Part shown: piece after piece, positions 43,373 to 58,900 of the stretch
Numbering within the stretch: the stretch's first letter is position 1
Layout: each line of letters opens with the position of its first letter
Made by a program: the position numbers and the translations under genes
Assembly: GCA_964247055.1 (NCBI GenBank)
Contig: OZ176052.1
Span: 2,046,001 to 2,110,000 of the forward strand
Reading direction: 5' to 3'
Origin: Paragordius varius
Taxonomy: Eukaryota > Animalia > Nematomorpha
Length of the DNA: 64,000 nucleotides
The notes under the pieces: model-generated
The model's input: the letters and a program-made list of their open reading frames with translations, nothing else
What the model was told of the DNA's origin: nothing
Databases searched by the model: none

Positions 43373-46300
43373 ATGTTTCCAAATCCTGGTATCCCGATTA
43401 TTCCTGTACCTGTTGTCCCACCGGTATATTAACCTTATAAATCAAATTTATTCATTTTACATAAATTTTTATGTCTTAGATTTATATTCCACCATTCCCT
43501 GTTGCACCACTCCCAATACCAACACCAGTGCCTATATCGACTAATATTGCTACCCCTTCTATTCCTGGAATGCCGGTGCTAGAAAAATTGGTACGTTTTT
43601 TTATTTATACAGAGAATTTAAATAAAGTAGACTAAAATACCGTTTTTAAAAAAATAAAGCACCAAAACAACTTAACTATATCACAAAACAAAACCTATAT
43701 TTATTATCATCTTTTGTTTTTTGAATTGCATGTCCTTATTTTAAATTTTTACTGAATTTTTTTTATTATATTATAGCCTGCACCTGGGTCTCGGCCCCCA
43801 AACCCAACTTCAACCGTATTTGTTGGAAATATAAATGAAAATGCACCAGATATTTTGGTTCGAAATATTTTATCCAAAATAGGCTTGATTATTAGTTGGA
43901 AACGCGTACAAGGCGTCACGGGGAAATTACAAGGTTATTTATATATTTGAAATTATATTTGACATCAGAATAGAACATTTTAATAGCATAAATTAATGTT
44001 GATGCTCAAAATTGATATGATATTTGTGTTTCTCTAAAACCAACGATGTTAAATAACAAAAATTTAAAATATTTTTTTGAACATAATTTTAAATAACGCT
44101 TTATATATAATGTTATAAATAATAACTAACAAATTCAAACCATATCGTCACAAACCTGTGATTTAACTATACATATAATTTTAATTTTGCCTCATGCTAA
44201 CGAATAAAATTTCTTTTAGCTCGAATAATTAAATTAAGACTGGGCTTATTTTTTAAATACTACGATTTTGCCTAAACCCTGAATAAATTTTGAAAATCCA
44301 AATAAAAAATATGCTATTACAGTAATTCAATGAATTTTTGTTTTATATTTTTTTAGGATTCGGTTTTTGTGAATACGATGACCCTGAAGCCACACTTCGT
44401 GCAATACGATTGCTCAACAATTTTGATTTGGGTGGCAAAAAACTAATGGTTCATTAATTACTATTTGACCTTTTTTTATTTTAAACATAATCAATTATTT
44501 TATTAATTTAATTAATAAATTTCAACTCTTTTTAGGTTAAAGTTGATGCCAAGAGTAAAGAAAAGTTGCGAGAATATAAATTGAATCGAAGACGAGAAAT
44601 AAGTGGCACTGTTGCAGGTTTTTTATAATAATTATTTAATTTTTTGTTCTCAAATGTTTTAAGTAATAGTCTATTAAAAATCGAGTTATTTATTTTTTAA
44701 AAGATATTTATACTTTATTTTGGTATTATAATTCAGCGATCGAATGAATTTATTACAGTAAGTTTTCGATTACTACAAGTAATCTTTGTCAAACGTAAAA
44801 TTTATATATAAACTAAAAATAATTCCATTTTAAATGTCAATGCTAAATATTTTCCAAACAGAATTTATTGGAAAACTAGTTTGTAATAAAATCGGGTTTT
44901 AAATTGATTACAAATGCTATTTATATTTAGAAACGCTATCTAAGTCAGATGATATCCTATTCAAACCTGATGTGAACGCTATTAAAAGGGACCACAATAT
45001 TATGTCGGAAATTAAGCGTTTAATCCGCGATAACCCTGATCTTAACAAAAAAGGTTTAATAATGAAAAAAAATTTATTTTACCTTATAAGATCTCAAATA
45101 TTATACATCCAATTTAAAAGATAAGAGGCCTTAATTTTTCAAGTAAAGTTTAAAATGATAAATTTATGATCGAAAATTTATACCATATTTTAGATTTTTA
45201 TTTTTTACAATAAAAGTTTTATATAAAGAGTAAATGTATAAATATATAGGGAAATAATTTGAAATTTCACTTTTACAATATAAAACAAAATTTCAAAATA
45301 TTAACACAAATATTTTTTTAAAAAGACCGTTGTACCCTTTTAAATTTTATTTTTATAAGTAACATCGTTGTTTTAAGTTTCATAATAAGGAATATAGATG
45401 TATATTGGTAACACAATTGATACAATCGTAATTAATTTATGGAAAAAATAGGGTTTTAAAAAATAAAAAATATTTGTCCGTATAATTTATATTTTATTGT
45501 ATTTAGTGTTACATAGACCTAATTTTTATTTTTTTTAATAAAAGACCATATTAAAATTGAAAAATTTAATAAATTTTTATTAGCCAATTTTTAAAGGGTT
45601 TTTATATTACACATGAGAATATATACACGTTTTACTCATTTTTTAACATTAATTTTAAACCCTTTAGTGCCTGAAACCAGTGAATTGGAAGTCACCAAGG
45701 AAAAACTGACTAGGACCCACAAAATGGATGCTGAAAAGACTGAAGTAATTTCCAAAGAGATCTTAAAATTCAAGGAGAACAATGCGGTACGTTTTTATCA
45801 TTACTTTTGTTTTATTAAAATAAAAGATTATAATACATTTTTGAAAAAAATAAATTAAAAGTTTTACCACTGCATTTTGCACATGTGTCAATCGTAATTC
45901 CATATTTCCCTTAGACAATACATTACATTGATATTCATTGTTACGGTGTCACATATACACTCTAGTACCTACGTAAGAAAATTGTATTTAATTTACAATC
46001 CTCTCTCTATATATTACATATATACATCAATTAGTTAAAAAAATATAATTTTGTGATTTTACGCTGTTTTTTCTCCCAAAAACTTATTTAAATTATGAGG
46101 GTATTTGCATACAATATTGATTTGTAATCTACGATTCTGGAGAAGAGGTATATTTTATTATGTTTAATATTTACGCAAACAATTATGGACTTCTTAAGAA
46201 AAAAATGGACGAAATTACATTAGAAATCATCCATAACCTACCTTATTCGACTAGCAGTATTCAAAGTATTTTTTCTAATTAAACTAATAACATTCGTTTC

Positions 46301-49300
46301 ATCCAAAAGCCAAAAAAAGATTAATAAATTTGAGTCATTTTTAGCTTTTAATTTGAATTATACGGATGGATTTGGAGCTTATGCATCTCGCATCATTACA
46401 GATCAGTCAGAAGTTAAATTATTTTATGCTTTTAACATTCATATATACAGTAGTATGAGTAAATATTTGCTGAAAATATTGCTATAAATATGTCTTTATA
46501 TATTTTTTGTTTGGTATTTTAGAAGGATGACGTTTATCGTGAAAAAGTTCGTGAGCGCGAGCGAGAACGCAGAGAACATGAAAAATTGTTTAACACCAAT
46601 TCCAATGTGGCAAAAACTACCAATCTCACTGCCTATAAACATGGTCGAGACTCACCCGACTCAGATCATGAAGATTTACATGAGAGGTATTATTATGATT
46701 TTTGGCCTTATATATAATGCGTAACATTTGTGTTGTATAATTTACCAAAAATAATTGGCCTTTAAAAATCTGAAAAGTAAATTTGGGAGATTCAACGACA
46801 TATAAGGAAAATAATGCAAAAAATTAAAAAGCGTTAAACAGCTATTATTTAATCATTTTTTTGGTTAAGAAATTTACAAAATTTTAATTACTTTTTATAT
46901 GGCTTTAATTAGAAACTAAAAGAAAAAAGTTTGATGCTTAAAACGCAGACGATATGTGGACATATTTTTTTTATTTTATTATAGTTAAAACGAATTAATA
47001 TATAAATATATTATATCGTTATGCTAATCTTTGTATGGCTTTATTTAAAATTAAATTATTGTGATTTTTGTTATAGAAAACGATCTCGCAGGAGTCGCTC
47101 TCGTTCACCCATTTCCAGTTCAAGACGAAATGAAACGGAAAGGTTTATTTTTTTTATTATTTAGTTAATATTTTAAACACAATTTTTGATTATATACAAT
47201 CGTTAAACCGCAGGTAGTTCCTTTATAACTTCTTGCCTGGCCAGCCAAATATAGGTTTAAGAAAAAATAAAATGCAAACGCACACAGAAGTTTGACGATT
47301 GACTATATATCGACAAAATATATAGATTCGCGGCTCGCATTACATATATTATTAAAGAGTCCCACATCTAAAAAGATTGCCTGCCCATGTCAAATTTTTA
47401 TACCTGAGTCGTGATTAAATTTTTAACAGCGTAATAACCTATTTGACTTATTAAAACGTTAAATGACCGGAATATCTTGTTGGTTTTTATTGCTAGGATA
47501 ATTTTAAATTGTAGCATGGTCTGAAATTTTTTAATAAATTTATCAATTTAAATACGAGTTTAATAATCAATTTATGTTTTAATAAAAACTCCTAACTAAC
47601 ACTTTAAACTTTATTTTGCTGTACTACTTTTAGACGTATCAGATCCTCACGATCAAGGAGCCATTCAGGAGGGCCTATTAATGAACCAGCAAAATCAAAT
47701 GCTGTTGTTTTAAGTCGCGAGGAACGGGAAGCCATTCGCCGAGAACATGAGGCTCGAGAACGGGAACGAGAACTTGCTCAGCAGGAGGAGGCAGAACGCC
47801 AGCGGGAACGAAGGAAACTTGAACGGAAACTCAGGGAAAAAGAGGCCAGTTATCAAGAAGTATATCCATTCAATTGTTACAGTTTTGATAAAATATTAAT
47901 AATGGTATCTGTGTGGTTTTAGTTTGTAAAGTAATTTATTTAAATTAGGGAGTACTTAGAGACCAATATTTGCATCCTTAATATTTTTATATACCCTATT
48001 AAAACCGTGGAGTAATCGCGCTTTACTGATTGTATGCAGCCCTAAAAATGTTTTATAAGGTACATGCAGCAAATATTCTAATGAAGTTCTTAATTTGTAC
48101 CTAAGTTTTTTTCGTGAAAGATAATATCTGCATATGTGTTCGACAGATACTCAGGTGCACGGTTATTGAAACAATAAAAATTTTGATATAAAATAGCAGC
48201 ATTTAATTGTTTCATTTACGGTTTTTATTATTCAGAGCCTTTATTTCCAGGCTATTAGTATTTTGACCTGTCCAAAAAATATACGGTTTGATAACCGCTG
48301 ATATATTACAGTTATGAACAGGCAAGATAGCGTCAACTTTAAATATATATAATACACCACATATGCTCATGTTTGTTATATAAATAGAAAGGGTTGTCGA
48401 AATAGGCGACCTAGGTGAAAAATGCATATGACGGATTCTTAACTGGACACCAAGTCTAGTTTTTTATTAGTTATTTTATTAATTGTGTGATTATTAATTT
48501 ATATTTAAATCGCGACAAAAATACTTTTTATAATAAATTTATTGATAAAATATTCAATGTTTTATTGCGATTGTATTTGTTAATGTTTTTTATCATTTTA
48601 TTCAACTGTAGCAACTACGTGTGTGGGAAATGCGCGAAAACAAAAAGCTGCGTGATTATCACAAACAGAAACAGTATGAAGAATATTTGAAGGAAGAGGA
48701 ATTGGCAGAAGCCAAAAGGCTCAAAGAGTTCCTTGAAGATTACATTGATGAACGCGATGATCCCAAATATTACAAGTAATACAATCATTTACTATTTAAA
48801 TATCGTTTATAGTTTGCAGTCGAAATTGAAAATAAATTTTATATGTTTAAAAGATGACTTCTTTTGAAAAACATACAGTAAAATGAAACCTGTTATTTAT
48901 ACATAATAACCTATCAGTTTGGGTTACAAAATATGGAATAAAGAGATAAATTGGTAACAGACTCAATAATATTGTAAGTATAAAGGTTATGCAAAAAAAT
49001 GTATAAAAATCTTAACTAATATTAGTCTTTTTTACCTTTTATCTATATAATTTGAATTTTAACTGCATTTTATGTTTTAAATACGCAGTAAACATACCAA
49101 GTAAAAGACTTTTTATAAAGATAGCACCATATATCTAATCAATATTTTTATATAACATATCCTATTACCGATAAAATAATCTACTTTTTGTTTTAACGTT
49201 TTTATGAAGTAGATAAAAAAATGGCTATCTTTCATTACTCTATATATTTTCAATTTGAACTGTTTTGAAAAATATATAAGTACATCCTAATTATATTTTT

Positions 49301-52300
49301 ATTTTTAGGGGTGCATTTTTATCACGACGGCTCAAGGAAAGGGAAAAAGAAATGGAATTGGATCTTAGAGATCGCCAAAAAGAAAAGGAGGAAATCGAAG
49401 AAATCAAGCAAAGACTATGCGTGGAAGGAGCCCCTAATCTCGAAGAGGAATTAGCTAAAGTATATTATTTCATTTATTCCGACTATGTAATGAAATTTTA
49501 AAGTTTCAGTCAATATTCCTAAATTTTGTAGTTTAAAAAAGTCAACGACACTTTTTCAAAGAACTCAATTTAAAAATAAGTAGACCTATTTTTGTATTAT
49601 AATATTTTAGGAGTAGCTAATGCAATATAGGTGTTTAAAATGCGGTAAAACTAGAGTGTCCTTTAACCCCGCTATTTGTAACAGCCTTAAATCATATAGG
49701 CTAAAAAAAATATGGTTTTGCAGTTCAACACTAAGCTTGCTTTAAAATTAAATTTTGGATTTATTCAAAATGTAGTTGGAAAAGAGCCGATCACAGCATT
49801 TAAAACCTCAACTTAGACTTGAACAAGAGATATCTGATGAAAACGAAGTTAAAGAAACATCTAAAACATCTTCAAAACACAAAAATAAGAGCAATCGAGA
49901 ATCAAAATCTAAACGCCACAAATCAAAATCGTCCTCACCACTACCAATGGATACTGATATTACTGAAATGTAATAGATTTATTTTTAATTCAATACACCT
50001 TTAATCACTATTCAACTCTTGATTTTTTTCCTTTTATGTGTTTCAGGGCTTGGCTAAATATTTTGTTTTTACCATATTTTAATTTCCCATTTTCAAGTAT
50101 CTAAAAATACCAGTAACTTTTAATTCTAGCTGCTCTTATTTAATAAAAATTCTAGTAAATATTTATTAAAACATAAAAATAATAATATGCCAAATCAAAG
50201 TTATCTCAATTATTAATTTACCCCAAAAACACATGATTTATTTTTAAGGGTGAACTTAATATGTTTGAACGTGAATTTTACTTAATTAATTTATGATATT
50301 GATAGAAATACTCAAAAAGATCTAACAACGACAACAACCGTTAAAAGTTTTGTTGAAATTGAAACATTATCAACACCGGAACAAATCAATGGCCCACCCA
50401 AACAAATTATTGATATTGGTAAAAGAATTTAACAAATTTCTTTTTTAATTTTTTTATTTATATAAAATTTATCAAAATTAGATGACGTCAAATCCAATTC
50501 TGAAGATGAAAATGCCATTGAATTTGTTTCTCACCTGCAAACTGTAAATGAAACGAAAACAACTGAAAATGGTTTTGACGCTAATGCACAACCCTTCCCT
50601 GAACCGCAGTATAAACCTATTGGTTTCAAAACTATACAACTTGGTATGACTATATTGTTTTGAATTTGACAGGTTATATACCATTTACAACAATTAAAAT
50701 TCACCTTCCATTAATATCTTTAAAAAATCAAATTTTGTATCAAATTAAAATAATACTGAAAAAATAATAAACTATGCCATAAAGATATGTTTCATATTAT
50801 TAATGTGTTATATTAGTGCGAAAATAAACACATAATTCATTTTTAGGGTGAATTTTAATTCAAGGGTTTTGAACTGTAAGTGGTATATGTAAAATATTTT
50901 TTTAAATTGTTTTTATAGAGTCAACCATATTTTTAACATCTTAATTTTAATGATACGGTTTCCTTTATATTAAAATAGAGATTATGATTATATTTAATAA
51001 AAATATATTCATTTTTTAAGTTGCGGTTTTTATTGAAATACCTGAATTTTTATTTTTAATCTTTTTTTCAAATTTTAACGTATAAATCTTGATTTTGCAG
51101 AGAAAAAAGTTACAAATGTTGATTCTTCCATGTTTGGTGGTGATGACGAGGAAACACAAGCTCCTAAGAAAAAATTAGTTCCCTTAATAGGTTTGAAATC
51201 ATTATATTTTGTATTATATTATTTTTTTATAATCGCTTTAAAATTATTTTCAATTAATTTTTTAATGTAGATGAAACATCCAATGATACACCAAATCAAA
51301 TAATTAATGGTAACGCTAATAATTCCACCATTTCAGTCGAGGAAAAGCGTCAAGCTATTAAACGTTTAATCGAAAAAATCCCGACAAATAAATCCAAACT
51401 TTTTGCCTACAAAATTGAATGGGATCTTGTTGATAATGTTATTATTTTTATACATTTTTTTACATATATATTTGGCTTTAAAATTATTCTATATTGAATC
51501 CTAAAATTAAATTAGGTTTTACGTTTATAGAATAAATAATCCTTTGGATTTTTTAATAAAATTTGTTCGTTCGTTACAATAAAATCTTTATAAGTTTGAT
51601 TAAAAAACTTGAGTACGTAAATTTAGTAATATATGTTTTCAATATTTGGTTATTTAGCCCACAAAAATATTAGAGTACGAGTCCAATGCTATATTTGTAT
51701 GTAATTAAAGATAAGGTTTAATTTTAAATGGTCATATATCATAAATTAATAATTATTTTATTCTTTTATTAGATTTTAATGGAAAAGCGCATAAAACCAT
51801 GGATCAATAAAAAAATAATTGAATATATTGGAGAGGAAGAACCAACTTTGGTTGAATTTATTTGCACAAAACTTATTGGACACAATGACCCACAATCCAT
51901 ACTTGATGACATACTAATGGTATATATATTTATTATTTTCGTATTTAATGTTTTGAAATCAATGTAAAAAATATAAAAACAAAATTTTTTTTAAAAGACA
52001 ACCATTTTTTTTTTCAACTTAAAATTTATCCTATAAAAAACATGAAATTACAAACGTAAAATACATAATTGATTGTGTTAGCAATTACATTTCTATATAC
52101 TAGTTTAAAACAATGAGTTATATATAAAAAAATGTAGATCAAAAAGTGTGGTTGTCTTTTTTTAAAAAACAATTTTTTATGTATATTAATTTTTTTGGTC
52201 TATTTCTATCAAATTTTAATATGTGCAAATTTTTTTCGCCATGTTAATATATCACCGTTATGAATGCATTTATTACCAATTAGCAACAATTTTTTTGCGT

Positions 52301-52453
52301 CCTTTAAAAAGCATTGACTTTTATAATTATTTGAATCTAATATAGGTTTTAGACGAGGAAGCCGAAGTGTTTATTATAAAATTATGGAGACTTTTGATTT
52401 ATGAAATTGAAGCTAAAAGATCTGATGTGCTGAAATCCGTTACTGGTGATTGA
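43373..52453 (+). CDS. RBM25: RNA-binding protein 25 (RRM, Arg/Glu-rich region, PWI), ~828 aa, 19 exons
   Basis: Exons 43373-43423, 43480-43590, 43777-43933, 44357-44448, 44536-44617, 44931-45053, 45668-45786, 46523-46686, 47077-47142, 47634-47859, 48612-48775, 49309-49459, 49776-49969, 50306-50418, 50482-50643, 51101-51190, 51271-51437, 51773-51919, 52346-52453. Motifs: TVFVGNI..SWKRVQGVTGKLQGFGFCEY, VKVDAK, RLKEFLEDY.DERDDPKYY, KKLVPL, RIKPWINKKIIEYIGEEEPTLVEFIC, VLDEEAEVFIIKLWRLLIYE. Confidence 0.97.
50679..50885. mobile_element. MITE family 1, short copy
   Basis: TACCATTTACAAC...GAACTGTAAGTGGTA with reversed core actgaaaaaataataaactatgccat. Confidence 0.8.
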
Positions 52454-52938
52454 AAAATTTTAAATTCAAATCCTTCAAAACCCTCCTATATAACATAACA
52501 TGGACAACTGCTAAGTTTTTGTATTTATTTGTGGAATATGTGTGATAATGATATGATGATCTATAGAGATGTATTTATCTATATATAAATGTATGCATAT
52601 ATGTTAAAGGTATAGGTATTGTATGATATGTATCCAATAAATATATGATACAGATGAATTAATGAAACCATAATATTTTATAGCTATATATTAGTGATAA
52701 TAAGTTTAAAATACAAGAGTTACATATTTGCATATTTGATAATTATTGGAGAATTTCGACCACAAAAGTCAATTTATTTTCATGTCTTTCATACGACCGT
52801 TTTTGTGCACATTTTTTAATACATATAAAAAATTATTCTAATATATTTATTTTTTCTATATAAAATACATTATTTTTTTACACATATTCATTAATCTATT
52901 TTGTGTGATATTATTGCAAAAATGTTTGGTGGATCCAA

Positions 52939-55900
52939 TTAATTATCAATAATCAATTCGTGTTCCGAATCACTCAAATTGGAATCTTCATTTTCCTCGC
53001 TAATATCTTCTCCGTTTAAATTTTGTTTTTCTGAAATGTTTGTATCAATATCAGCATTGGCAGCGTTTAATGTGGTTGAATTTTGAGTTGATTCTACGTA
53101 AAGATTTGTTTTACCATGTACCTACAGTAATATACATGGAATTAAAATATAAAATTCAAATAATTTAGTTATTGCTGTTGTAATTAAAAATTGTGAATAT
53201 AATTTAGAACAAAAGGGAGCGCTGTTTTATTTTAATTATCGGAAAAGTTGTTTATATACAAAGTAAACTTCCTTTATGTAAAACATAAAATCGCCCAAAA
53301 TATATTATTTTTATCTCCAAAAATATGTCAACTCTTTCGGCAAAACGAAACATTTTTTACGGATTAATCATTTCCAGGCATCTCTTTAAGGTATACAATT
53401 ATTTTTTTCGAAATAACAAAATTACTTTTTGGTGTCTTGTAATTTGCGTAATTTTTGCAGCTGAATAATCACAATGATGGCATTTATGCCTATAATTTCG
53501 CCCATGAAAACGCAAATGTTTCGAAAGGACGCGTTTTATGACAAAGTTGGCAGGACATTTTGGACAGTTAAACATTCCTTTTATCATACCACCAGATATT
53601 TTATTCGATTCTTTGAATGAGTGCGATAACATTTGTTCACTGGGGTTTGGAGGTGAATTTATAGCTAAAAAATTAAATGATACTTTATAAAATATATGTT
53701 TTGATAAATAGTATATTTACTTAAAATAATCTTTTAAAAAATGTAGAATACCATCTAATGTTTCTTCCTGATAGTTTTTGTGTTCGTCATATGTTAAATT
53801 TGAAATTTCACCTAAATGTAAATAATAAATATTATATAAAACCAAATATATATAACCATTTTTAAATCAAAGCCGCGGTTCCTACCTATCATGTTAATTT
53901 ATTTTTTATAATGACATAATTTTTTATATTGTTTAATAATATATATAATTTTATAATAAAAATAATATACACTAACAAGTTGTTTGGTATTTTTGTTATG
54001 TCTACAGTTTTTTGAGATTACAAAAATCAAAAACTAAAAATCATAATCATTAACCAAAAAATAATCTCTACCACATAACGGTTTTTATTCGTAAATTTAA
54101 AAGTTAAACTAATTATATATCAATTTTTGATAGCCTAAACAGGTTAGGATATTTTATAGCAGTGGTATCATACCGCGGCCCTAAGAGTGCTTTAAAATTG
54201 CCCTATGACCATATTGATATTTAAATTATTTTTTTATTGATGAATTTTTAAAATACACATAAACGAATTTTAGCTCATAATTATTTTCTTTATATTTAAT
54301 TTAGGTAATTTTCATTTTTTACCCAATAATATAAAAAAATTTCCCTACATTAAAATGATTTCAAAATTTTGGCACCCGTTGTTTTTGTTTTCTGTATTCT
54401 ATTTTCTTTTCTATTCTAAAATTTTATTGCATTCTTTTTTGTATTTAAGCCTTTCACCCAAACTTGCATATACATATTCTTTTTATTGCTATCCTGCATC
54501 ATTTTTTAATTCCCATAAAATATTTTTCAAATCAACATCATTAAATTTCGGCCTGTTAATTCCTATTTTTTTGAAAAATTACACAATATTTAAACATAAA
54601 AAAGGCCGACATCTAGTTCTAAATGCGATTAGGCAAAACCAAATTTGTCAAAAATTGGTTAATATCAAAATCAATGTTGTTATCAAATTTTAATTTTACG
54701 AGTTAGCTGGATTTACAAGCGATCCGCAAAATATTATGGTGCTGATTTAGAGTAGAAATATGTGTATATGTGTCAAATAGCTATGGAATATTTGTCATTA
54801 TAAGGTTCATATCCCTCGAAAAAAAATATATTTTATTTGGCCCGTCAAATTTTTTAGCGAGTACCAATGTTTTATACCATTTAAAGAGTTAGCATTTTGT
54901 TCGGATGCTGGATTATCGTTTGGGGCGTAATGCATTTTTAGGTGATTGGCAAATCTGGTGGGGTTAGCGCAATTAAACGTACAATTGGGACAGAATTGGA
55001 GCTTTGTTTTAAGGCCCTTGAAACGAATATATATTACAGTAAAATTTGAAATTATACAAACAAAACGTTAAAATATGAAGACAAATTTTTTTTTAAACGA
55101 CAACCATACTTTTTAGATCTTAATTTTTTGTAAATATAATTTATTCTAAATTTGAGAGTATGAAATAGAAATGTTTTTATTTTTATATTTTGCAGGCGGA
55201 AAGAAAAATAAGGTTTAAAAATTATGTTCGTCTTTTAATAAAAAATATTTGTCTTTATTATTAAACCGTTTTGTCCGTATAAATTTAATTTTTACTGTAT
55301 ATGAAAATATAAATTGTTAATAACTCGCATATTAAAGTTTAAAATAGTCGAATAATCTTTTAATGTAAATTACAAATCATTATATTGAACCAAAGTATTT
55401 TAACAAAAAATTTAGTTTTGCATTCAAGTTTTTGACAAAAATCATAATTTTTCCCAAAAGAAAATTGTATAGCTACATACCTTTCTTTTACCATGTAAAG
55501 TGGCGTGTATTCGTACGTTAGCTCGCCGTGTCCCTAAATGAGGGCAATAAGGACATTTAAACATGCGAGTGTAGCGACCATTCTTAAGGCCCCAAGCAAC
55601 AGTTATATCTTTTAAGCCATCTTTGTTCCAAGTACATGGTTTAGGTGGTTGTCTAATGAAATTTAAGGGCATAAAATAAAATTTATTAAGTTTAAGCAAC
55701 ATTTTTCTACAAATCTAACACGCGACCACACAAAATATCTGATAAACAGGTAAATTTTAGATTTCAAGTATTTAAAAATTCTTAATCAACATCCATTTTT
55801 TTATTAAAAAATTTCTGCAAATTTTCAAAAGAATTTTTCCATTTTGACACCAACTAATATAAGGCTAAATATGTCAAATAATCAAGAAAAACACAAAAGT

Positions 55901-58900
55901 TTATTCTGCATCCAAAGAAGTAACAAGGGTCAACTTTATAAAACCGGACAAAAAAGGTTTTACACGATAAACATATATTAATTACTTGGGTGGATCTAAA
56001 AGGCTTTCATCGACAAAATGTTCAGGTGAATTTATAATAGCTGGTTTTTGGGGCAATTCTTGTTGCCAATATTGATCAAACAAATTAATTGGAGTTTTTC
56101 TATTTGATGAGTTTTCTACGCATTTATCAGTATTTTCAAACCGTTTACTAATTTCTTCCTCATTGTATAATTGATTGTTTTTAATTGGTGATAGATCTTT
56201 GTTGTCTTTATCATTTGTATAATGCGTGGTTAGAGGAGGAGATACATATCCTGATTGTTTGTTTTTTGTTACAGTTAGGTTATTCAAAGATATTTCTTCA
56301 GTTGTTTTGGCAGTGTTGGATTGCGAATAAATTTCGCTTTTTGCATTAGTGTCACTCGGTGGTGAAAACCATTGAGCATATATATCTTGGATACTAAAAT
56401 CGGGTTTATTGTTGAGATTAGGTAGTTTTTGTATATTGATATTCTTTCCAACTGTAATATCTAAATTTTCAGGCTGTTCTTTTTTGATATTTATAACATT
56501 TTCGTGAGATGTTAGGGTTTTAGTAGGTTCTTTTTTATTGTAATTATTGTTATCATTGATCGCATCTTTGGGAATGGTATCCAAGTGTTGATTTTGTTGT
56601 TTTATATATAGATTGTATAATTGATAAATGTTGTTATTGGTTAGACGCGCTTTATCTATAATGAATAAAGCAATGAATTAAAAATTTGTTGAATAAATAT
56701 AATAATTTGGTTAAATTAGTGCTTGTTAAAAAGACAAGGAAGAAAGGCATGCTGCATTTGACAAAAACAACAGAAACACATAAAACATACCTACCTAAGG
56801 GGGCATCAACTTCACCGTTGCTTTGGCTTGTTGTATTTTGCTTTTTGACATCATCGGCATCATTAGTTATTCTATTATCTAACATGAAACATTAAAGTAA
56901 AAATTAAATGAAAACAAAACATAAAAAGTAAAAGGCTTATTATATATACGAGAACCATATTTCTTGATCCCCTCTTCTGTAAAACTTATATGATAACGGT
57001 CGTATTTCGAAAGTAAATGTTACTTTACATCTCTATTCCTTATTTCGCAATCCAATAAATAGATCATATTAAACAAATACAAGGATAATTATTATGTTTT
57101 GTCTATGATCTTTTTATTGTTTTCACAATGTACAGAAACAGTTATGGGTCTTTAGGAAGGGAATAAGAATTAAATAAGTTTGAACAAGTGAGTATGAATT
57201 TTTAGGAAATAATGTAATATGTATAATTGATGCAAGAAAAGCCGTACTTGTATATAGATTAATAGCAACTTATAGTACCCAACCCTATAAAACCAACAAT
57301 ATGACTATTTACTGTATATTTTCTTTAATGCAAGATTAAATAAATAAAATACCCATTTCAGTTTCTAGCTGTTTGTTGTCTTTAATCTGAGGGTTAGCGT
57401 GGTTCATGTTGGGGTCTGTGTTGGGATCGTAGGCAGAAAGTCTATTTAGGATTTCTTGCGGGTTTGGTACGTGCATACGTAAATGTTGCCACAGCATTCG
57501 TTTAAGTGGTACATAGTAAGGACAAAATGGACACTTAAAGTATGGTCCATTGTAATTGGCTCCTAATTAGGAAATAGAATAAAAATGTATTATAAGGATT
57601 TAGAATAATATTTTTGTTCTCATTTCAACACTATTGGTAAAAAACGGTTCCGAAACAAATGGTTCCACTTTCCACAGAAAAAATAAAAAAGCACGCAATT
57701 TGAACCGGAACCGTTTCTATAAAGCCGATGCGGTTAAATAAGAAACAATGTTTAGAAGCAAAACCTCTATCCAATTATGTTATTTTGAAAATCCCATACT
57801 AAAGGATATGCAAAAGGTAAGGTACATACATGTATTGGAAAAATTTAAATTTTATCAGATCGTTGAAACTAGAAACAATTTGGTCTGGCTCAATAGTTTT
57901 TTAATGGAAAGAAAATTATTTGTGTCTCCCTTTTCAATAAAAGATGGAGTCGAAACCAGAGATAAAAAAAAGTTACTTAAACTTTAACCAAAATTTGGTT
58001 TTGCTCAAATCCTGTAAACATAATTTCAAAAAAAGGCCCCAACCTTGTGAAGCAGCAACAGGAGACATTTTGGGAGGAAATTCATGTAGTTCCATATGCC
58101 TTTTGTAAGCCGATTGCTTATTGCTAATGAAGGGACAGATGGAACAAGGATAAACATTAGTCCTCGGGTTTCCGGCCGCCGTTGTAGTCAAGTTATTTGT
58201 TACCGTTTTCTTAAGGGGTGGTATGATAATTTTTCGGGTGGTTAATGGAACGTTTGGATTTGCTTGATGTAGTTGGGCTTGATTTTGTTGTAATGAGGAG
58301 GATGGTGGATTCATATTGCCATTTATTGATATGCCCTTGGGGGTATTAGCAGCAGCATTACCTAAAAAAGGAAATAATAAGAAATCATAAATGGTGTGTG
58401 TATTATAAGCCATTAAAATATATATATCGCAAATATGTAATTTTCTAATATCGAAGACTTAATCATCCATTTTTTAAAACTGGCAAGCGTTTACCTGTAA
58501 AAATAACTTGGACAACTTCTTTTTCATTAAACAAAAAAATGTTTTAAACATTTCATAATTAAGATAAGGGTTTTACAAAAAAAGTACCTTTCATTCCAAT
58601 TGCTACACCACTAGTACACATCATAAGAGCATTCAAAGTATCTTGATTTAGATTTTCGGAGGCTGATAACTGAGACAATTTTTCATTAGCTAATCGTTCA
58701 ATATTTGCGTTATTTAACGTGCTAGTAGAATTATTGTTGTTATTGTTGGTGCAAGAAGAAACCGTGTTGGAATTCATCAAGAGTTGAGACATGGAAGCGA
58801 GATGATCTGTCCCTCCACCAGACACTACGCCTGTTGGGAGAGATGGGCCCGTTATAACTGCCCGGTCATAGTAATTATCTACAACGGGCATAATGGCACG

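Noticed and set aside
46330-46420. NYTDGFGAY frame resembling an RNase H YTDG motif
   Set aside because: Four-residue match with no flanking support
53965-54005. Small candidate exon (DITKIPNNL) in the zinc-finger gene
   Set aside because: No phase-1 donor; the flanking exons join in frame without it
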